Part shown: positions 34,378 through 38,588 of the stretch, piece after piece | How positions within the stretch are numbered: position 1 is the stretch's first letter | How the letters are laid out: each line of letters starts with the position of its first letter | Source of the DNA: a virus | Taxonomy: Duplodnaviria; Caudoviricetes | Virus record (IMG/VR): IMGVR_UViG_3300049437_000096 | Location: 1-38,588 of that record | Direction: 5' to 3' (one strand) | Length of the DNA stretch: 38,588 nt | Notes under the pieces: model-generated | Told to the model about the DNA's origin: nothing | What the model saw: only the letters and a program-made list of their open reading frames with translations | Databases searched by the model: none | Made by a program: the position numbers and the translations under genes

Positions 34378-34445
34378 TTCGACGATTGACGCGGACGTGA
34401 AAAGCCGGCCGCCTGCATGGTGTAGGGCCGCTCCCACGGTAAAAC

Positions 34446-34748
34446 ATGACTTTATCAAAGCTGCTTTTAGAGGCACTTATCGACGAACCAGACGATGAAT
34501 TCTTCGGCCTGGATCCGGACTGGCTGCCGGAGGATCTCGACCGCTCCGATGTGATGATGTGCGAGGCCTGCGCCTGCACAGAATACGACGCTTGCATTGT
34601 CGAAGGACGGCCATGCTCCTGGAGCGAATATTTTCTCATGCGCGGCCGTTTTGTTTGTTCGACATGCGAAACCAAAATGATCGCTCTCGGCATAAACCTG
34701 GACGCTATAAAGATTTTGCAATCCAGAAATTTTGCGAGGCCCTCATGA
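34446..34748 (+). CDS. Cys-rich zinc-binding phage protein
   Basis: CEACACTEYDAC....CSW...VCSTC. Confidence 0.65.
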   Translation: MTLSKLLLEALIDEPDDEFFGLDPDWLPEDLDRSDVMMCEACACTEYDACIVEGRPCSWSEYFLMRGRFVCSTCETKMIALGINLDAIKILQSRNFARPS

Positions 34749-35224
34749 CAAGCCTATACGAAGTTTTTGAAGGCTCAGACGGAGCAAAAACCAAAGCTCT
34801 TTATGAAAAGCTGGAGGCGATCGGCGCCGTCGGCAAGCTCGCCTTAAATCTTTTCCGGGCCCAGAAATGCAGCAGCAGGGCAAAAGTTTATCATGGCGGT
34901 CCTCAGGGCGGAGGCAGCTTTCGAGCCATGGCATACGATCGCAAAACTTACAGCATCCGCCAGCTCAACAGCATTCTGCTGCAATATGGACATGAACTCC
35001 GGATCCCTTGGGGCTGGGCCCGAGATCTGAATCAACCGGATGTTCCTTATGTGCTTTATATCGATCTTCCTCAGGGCCAGGTGAGCTTTCATTCCAAAGA
35101 ACGCCTATCAGGCCCTGAATATTTAAAAGGCTGGGACGGCTCCAGAAAGAGTGCGGAGCGGATCCTGGCCTTCTGTTCGACAATTCTCGAAAAAAACGAA
35201 AAGCGAAATCTCACTTTATTTTAG
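34745..35224 (+). CDS. Hypothetical phage protein (LPQGQVSFH...WDG; WDGH-domain-like)
   Basis: GAGG RBS; ATGA overlap; conserved-looking C-terminal motif. Confidence 0.6.
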   Translation: MTSLYEVFEGSDGAKTKALYEKLEAIGAVGKLALNLFRAQKCSSRAKVYHGGPQGGGSFRAMAYDRKTYSIRQLNSILLQYGHELRIPWGWARDLNQPDVPYVLYIDLPQGQVSFHSKERLSGPEYLKGWDGSRKSAERILAFCSTILEKNEKRNLTLF

Positions 35225-35233
35225 GAGAAACGT

Positions 35234-35479
35234 ATGTCGATGTCTCAATTTACAAGTGATGATTTCATCAGAACAATCAAAATCGCCTTGCAGCAAGCGC
35301 TGTTTGATGTAATGGAGGCTGAAATCGAAAAGGCTGTCGAGGAATTCCGCAAGCAGGCCAAAACTCGCATAGCTCAGGCCGCTGTGCAAATAGCCGGAGT
35401 TACAAGATTAGGCATGTCGAATTTTGGTCCGGAAATTATCATTACATTAAGCTTGCCAAAGGCCAAGGAGGGCAATTGA
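35234..35479 (+). CDS. Hypothetical protein
   Basis: AGGAG RBS. Confidence 0.6.
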   Translation: MSMSQFTSDDFIRTIKIALQQALFDVMEAEIEKAVEEFRKQAKTRIAQAAVQIAGVTRLGMSNFGPEIIITLSLPKAKEGN

Positions 35480-35718
35480 TTAAATTCAACGGGCTTTTTC
35501 GAGGCGTTCCAACGCTTGGTTTGGCATTAAGCGAGGAAAATATACAACGCCTCAAAAAAGGCGAGCCGATCCATATAGACGTCCGGGAAATGGATTTTCC
35601 CTATGATTTACAGATACTTCTTTTCGCCGGCGAAACCGAGGAATCCATCGTTGCAGATTTTAAAGCTAATGGAATCATAACGGAAAACACTCCAATGCAC
35701 ACTTTTAGTGAGCACTAG
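35476..35718 (+). CDS. Hypothetical protein
   Basis: AAGGAGG RBS; TTG start overlapping the previous stop. Confidence 0.6.
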   Translation: MIKFNGLFRGVPTLGLALSEENIQRLKKGEPIHIDVREMDFPYDLQILLFAGETEESIVADFKANGIITENTPMHTFSEH

Positions 35719-36028
35719 GGAAAAAAGCATGACCGACCTACACGTCCCCGATCCAAACGTTTTCGATTACAAAGAAATCCCGGCCGCGATTGCGCAGCTC
35801 TCCGGACTATGCACTCAGCTGGCGATGCGTCTTATCACCGAAGGCCGCAATCCGGAGGAAGTCGAGGAAGATATTCTCCTGACTCCGGACGAAGCGGCCG
35901 TACTTCTGCATCATTCCAAATCCTGGGTTTATCAGCACGTCAAGAAGCTTCCTTTCACCAAACACATAGGCGTTAAGCTGCTTTTTAGCAAAAAAGGGCT
36001 TATGGCCTGGCAGGCCAGACAAAAATAG
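35708..36028 (+). CDS. xis: Excisionase-like HTH protein (start may be ATG 35729)
   Basis: LLTPDEAAVLLHHSKSWVYQ...KLLFSKKGLMAW; directly upstream of int. Confidence 0.8.
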   Translation: MSTREKSMTDLHVPDPNVFDYKEIPAAIAQLSGLCTQLAMRLITEGRNPEEVEEDILLTPDEAAVLLHHSKSWVYQHVKKLPFTKHIGVKLLFSKKGLMAWQARQK

Positions 36029-36058
36029 GGTTTATGATGCTCGCCGAAAGGAGGCCAT

Positions 36059-37213
36059 ATGGCCAAACGAAAAAAGGAGGAGATTGTCGCCGGCCGCGTG
36101 TATAAGCGCAAGCGCCGGAATCCCGACGATCCGAATCAGTTCATTGAGTCAAAATGCTGGTGGATCCAGTTTTATCATCATCGGCAGATTCGGAAACCGA
36201 CAAAGACTGAAAACAGAGCCGAGGCGATCCGGATTCTGAATCATCATCTGGACCTCGCGCATGCAGGCAAGATTTTGCCTTTGGACGCCGAGCGGATGAA
36301 ATTCGTGGATCTGACGAACATGATCGTACGCGACTATAAAAGGAACGAACGGCGATCGCTCGACCGGGCAGAGGACGCCATCGAGCATCTGTCGCGTTAT
36401 TTCGGCTCTGTCAGGCCGAGCAACATCGACACGCCGGCGATCGAGGATTATATCGATTACCGCAAAGAGGTCGAACACGCTGCGAGCGCTACCGTAAAAT
36501 ATGAAACCTCGATTCTCAAACGAGGCTTTCGCCTGGCGCGAAACATTCTGGTCAGAACTCCGGAATTCCCCGTCATAAAGACAGCCAACATTCGGAAAGG
36601 CTTTTTCGAGGAGCACGAATTCAGAACCTTTTTAGAGTGTTTCGAAGAGGATCTGCAGCCGCTGCTTAAATTCGCCTACATAACGGGCTGGAGGATGTCC
36701 TCCGAGATCTTTTTACTGCAGTGGTCGCAGGTGGATTTTTCAGTTGGGGAAGTCAGGCTGGAGCCTGGCACAACCAAAACGGACGAAGGCCGGACATTCC
36801 CTTTCAAAGTAGTCCGCGAGCTGGAGGAGCTTTTAAAGGCTCAGAAGGCAAAAACGGACCAGCTCCGAAGGGAACTCAATCAAATCATTCCATGGGTGTT
36901 TCATCGCCAGGGCCGGAAAATAGGCGACATTCGCGGCGCCTGGTCGGCAGCTTTGGAAAAATCAAAAATCGCAAAGAAGATCCCTCATGATTTCAGGAGA
37001 ACGGCCGTCCGCAATCTGGAGCGCGCCGGAGTCCCTAGAGGGGTTGCAATGAAGCTTGTAGGCCACAAAACGGAATCTATCTATCAAAGATACGCCATTG
37101 TGGCTCAATCGGACCTGGTTGACGGCCTGAAACGTCTGGCTGTTTACCGGGAGAACTTAAATCAGGAGCCAAAAGTGGTTCCAATCCATAAGGAGGAAGC
37201 AATTGGAGGATAA
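36059..37213 (+). CDS. int: Tyrosine integrase
   Basis: AAAGGAGG RBS; catalytic motifs TGWR, TKT, HDFRR, VGH and QRY. Confidence 0.97.
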   Translation: MAKRKKEEIVAGRVYKRKRRNPDDPNQFIESKCWWIQFYHHRQIRKPTKTENRAEAIRILNHHLDLAHAGKILPLDAERMKFVDLTNMIVRDYKRNERRSLDRAEDAIEHLSRYFGSVRPSNIDTPAIEDYIDYRKEVEHAASATVKYETSILKRGFRLARNILVRTPEFPVIKTANIRKGFFEEHEFRTFLECFEEDLQPLLKFAYITGWRMSSEIFLLQWSQVDFSVGEVRLEPGTTKTDEGRTFPFKVVRELEELLKAQKAKTDQLRRELNQIIPWVFHRQGRKIGDIRGAWSAALEKSKIAKKIPHDFRRTAVRNLERAGVPRGVAMKLVGHKTESIYQRYAIVAQSDLVDGLKRLAVYRENLNQEPKVVPIHKEEAIGG

Positions 37214-37574
37214 AATTCGCAACCAAACAGAAGAGAGTCAAAAAGTATTTCTCAGCGGCATAGGAGAACTCCGAAGGTCAATGTCGGGACCAGATTGCGT
37301 TGGAACGACCGCCGCTAGGCCCTCTGTCGATCTAACTCGCGCAACAATGGTAACTCCGCCTGTCAAGGATGAGATCCGGGATCTGTTTGAATACCATCCA
37401 TGGGACAAAGATCAGGAGATTGCCGGGCTTTCTGTCCGGCTGGCTTTGGAGTCGGCATATCAGACAATCGTCGAGCGGGTTCCTCCCGGGCAAACACGAA
37501 CAAAAGCCCTGGACAAGCTGGTCGAAGTTCGCATGGATTGCAACGCGGCTATAACGTTTAAAGGCCGCTTTTGA
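37203..37574 (+). CDS. Acb2/Tad1-like (DUF7681-like) helical hairpin; candidate anti-defence nucleotide sponge
   Basis: AGGAGG RBS before TTG; FEYHP..Q....VR...A..I...VP.GQTRTKALDKLVEVRMDCNAAI. Confidence 0.7.
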   Translation: MEDKIRNQTEESQKVFLSGIGELRRSMSGPDCVGTTAARPSVDLTRATMVTPPVKDEIRDLFEYHPWDKDQEIAGLSVRLALESAYQTIVERVPPGQTRTKALDKLVEVRMDCNAAITFKGRF

Positions 37575-37597
37575 TCTAATTTCGTATCGGCTCGCTT

Positions 37598-37686
37598 TTG
37601 TCCCTTGCTTGTCCCTTAATCCGGCTGATGAGGGGTGAAAAAGCCTGATACCTGAAAAAGCAGCAAATCAAGGCAAGTCGTTGAAA
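37598..37686. promoter_or_regulatory. att arm: candidate Int arm-type, Xis and IHF sites
   Basis: TTGTCCCTT twice (37598, 37609); TGAAAAAGC twice (37636, 37653); IHF-like TTTCAACGACTTG on the minus strand at 37674-37686. Confidence 0.6.
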
Positions 37687-37735
37687 CGGTCAGGTTTATT
37701 CTAACTGCCGTCAATTGGTAAAAAAGCAGGCTAGT

Positions 37736-37792
37736 ACTCAAAATCCTGCGGCCCTTGCGGCCATGAGGGTTCGACCCCCTCCTTCGGCACCA
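37736..37792 (+). other. att core: 3' fragment of tRNA-Leu(CAA), not a complete tRNA
   Basis: ACTCAAAATCCTG anticodon arm 3' part, long variable arm CGGCCCTTGCGGCCAT, T-arm GAGGGTTCGACCCCCTC, CTTCGGC-ACCA; no D-arm or 5' acceptor strand upstream. Confidence 0.92.
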
Positions 37793-37809
37793 GCCCAATC
37801 CCAACCTAA

Positions 37810-38588
37810 TTAAGATGCTCCCAGCGCCGGGGCTGCGACTCCACGTTCGCTAATGCCGCGGATCCAGTAATCGGGGCTGTGAATAAAATTCAGAAATATT
37901 ACGACCAAAGCAATCGCCGCCTGCAGCATTAATCCTTTATCGCAATATAGGGCGTCCAGATGCTTGTTGCGGATGTGCGAATCAGGATGGGCGAAGTTCT
38001 GCATGAACAGTCCATCCAGTGAATGCCTGCTGCTGGGCGATGTGATTTGAGTCATACCGCCTTCTTGAGAATAACGCAGCACCTCCATAAAAAGCGCACG
38101 TTGCCGCTCGATGTCGATTTCATGATAAGCCATGATGTGCAGGGCAATTCGCTGCGATTCCTGCATGCTGGCCAGAGAAAGAGCCTCAAAAAGCTTGGAT
38201 GCCGCGGTGTCGCCCGGAGCCGCTCGCTTTTCACGAATTAATGAGAGCAGGACGGCGTTCTTGAACAATTGATACAGCCGTTCCGCGCCGTTGAGCGGAG
38301 GCGTGATCGGATGCTCATAGGGCGGTTTGTAGCCGGCCCCGGATGGTGGAAATAAGATCTGAAAAATTATCTGGAAGAAGTCCACTTCCTGGAGGAAGTC
38401 GTCTACGACAATATGCATGTCAAGAGTGTTGTCCAGGCGGTCAGCCAGCTTAATTCGAACCAATTCAGGAATTTGCGCCGCTCGGTCCAACAGGCGGCCC
38501 ACATAATGGAAATAGGATTCTGGTTTTCTCAGAGCCAAAAATACCAACCGCTCCAAAAGGCGCCATTCAGATGCGGGGTCAATTCTCT
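37810..38588 (-). CDS. Host gene, 5'-truncated; HD-domain-like (RelA/SpoT hydrolase-type motif)
   Basis: IKLADRLDNTLDM motif; frame remains open to the window end; lies outside att. Confidence 0.6.
   Translation of the reverse strand, partial: RIDPASEWRLLERLVFLALRKPESYFHYVGRLLDRAAQIPELVRIKLADRLDNTLDMHIVVDDFLQEVDFFQIIFQILFPPSGAGYKPPYEHPITPPLNGAERLYQLFKNAVLLSLIREKRAAPGDTAASKLFEALSLASMQESQRIALHIMAYHEIDIERQRALFMEVLRYSQEGGMTQITSPSSRHSLDGLFMQNFAHPDSHIRNKHLDALYCDKGLMLQAAIALVVIFLNFIHSPDYWIRGISERGVAAPALGAS

Larger units (their letters stand above)
1..37792. mobile_element. Temperate prophage (podovirus-type, P22-like module order) integrated at tRNA-Leu; left end lies upstream of the window
   Basis: Terminase, portal, capsid, nozzle, ejection, tailspike, lysis, cI/cro, xis and int genes are present. 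No tape-measure, tube or sheath gene was recognised. A tRNA 3' fragment follows int. Confidence 0.95.

Noticed and set aside
37593-37665. Hammerhead ribozyme (CTGATGAG...GAAA)
   Set aside because: Stems I-III pair for only 2-3 bp or carry mismatches at conserved positions; the repeats are better explained as att arm sites.
37700-37792. Complete tRNA-Leu gene
   Set aside because: The 5' acceptor strand and D-arm are absent; only the part from the anticodon loop onward is present.
37616-37804. 62-aa minus-strand ORF (WCRRRGSNP)
   Set aside because: This is a typical antisense translation of a tRNA T-arm.

Overview
Most of the window (from before position 1 to 37792) is the right-hand part of a temperate podovirus-type prophage with a P22-like gene order. 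It is integrated at a tRNA-Leu(CAA) gene, whose duplicated 3' half (37736-37792) marks the right att site. A partial host HD-domain gene follows on the minus strand. The order is replication genes, TerS/TerL, an inserted block of accessory structural genes, portal, scaffold, capsid, adaptor, tail nozzle, three ejection proteins, a beta-helix tailspike, lysis genes, a moron, a cI/cro switch, an early operon, xis, int, an Acb2/Tad1-like gene and att. The main oddities are: (1) Sec-type signal peptides on virion-type proteins and possibly on TerL; (2) a lysis cassette with a membrane-anchored coiled coil plus an outer-membrane beta-barrel in place of a lipoprotein spanin; (3) a protein with two tandem eukaryote-style C2H2 zinc fingers; (4) an att site that appears to split the early operon from the replication genes; (5) a MerR-like promoter with a 19-bp spacer in front of the late genes; and (6) several structured intergenic RNAs. 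All product calls come from motif recognition by eye and gene order; no searches were run.
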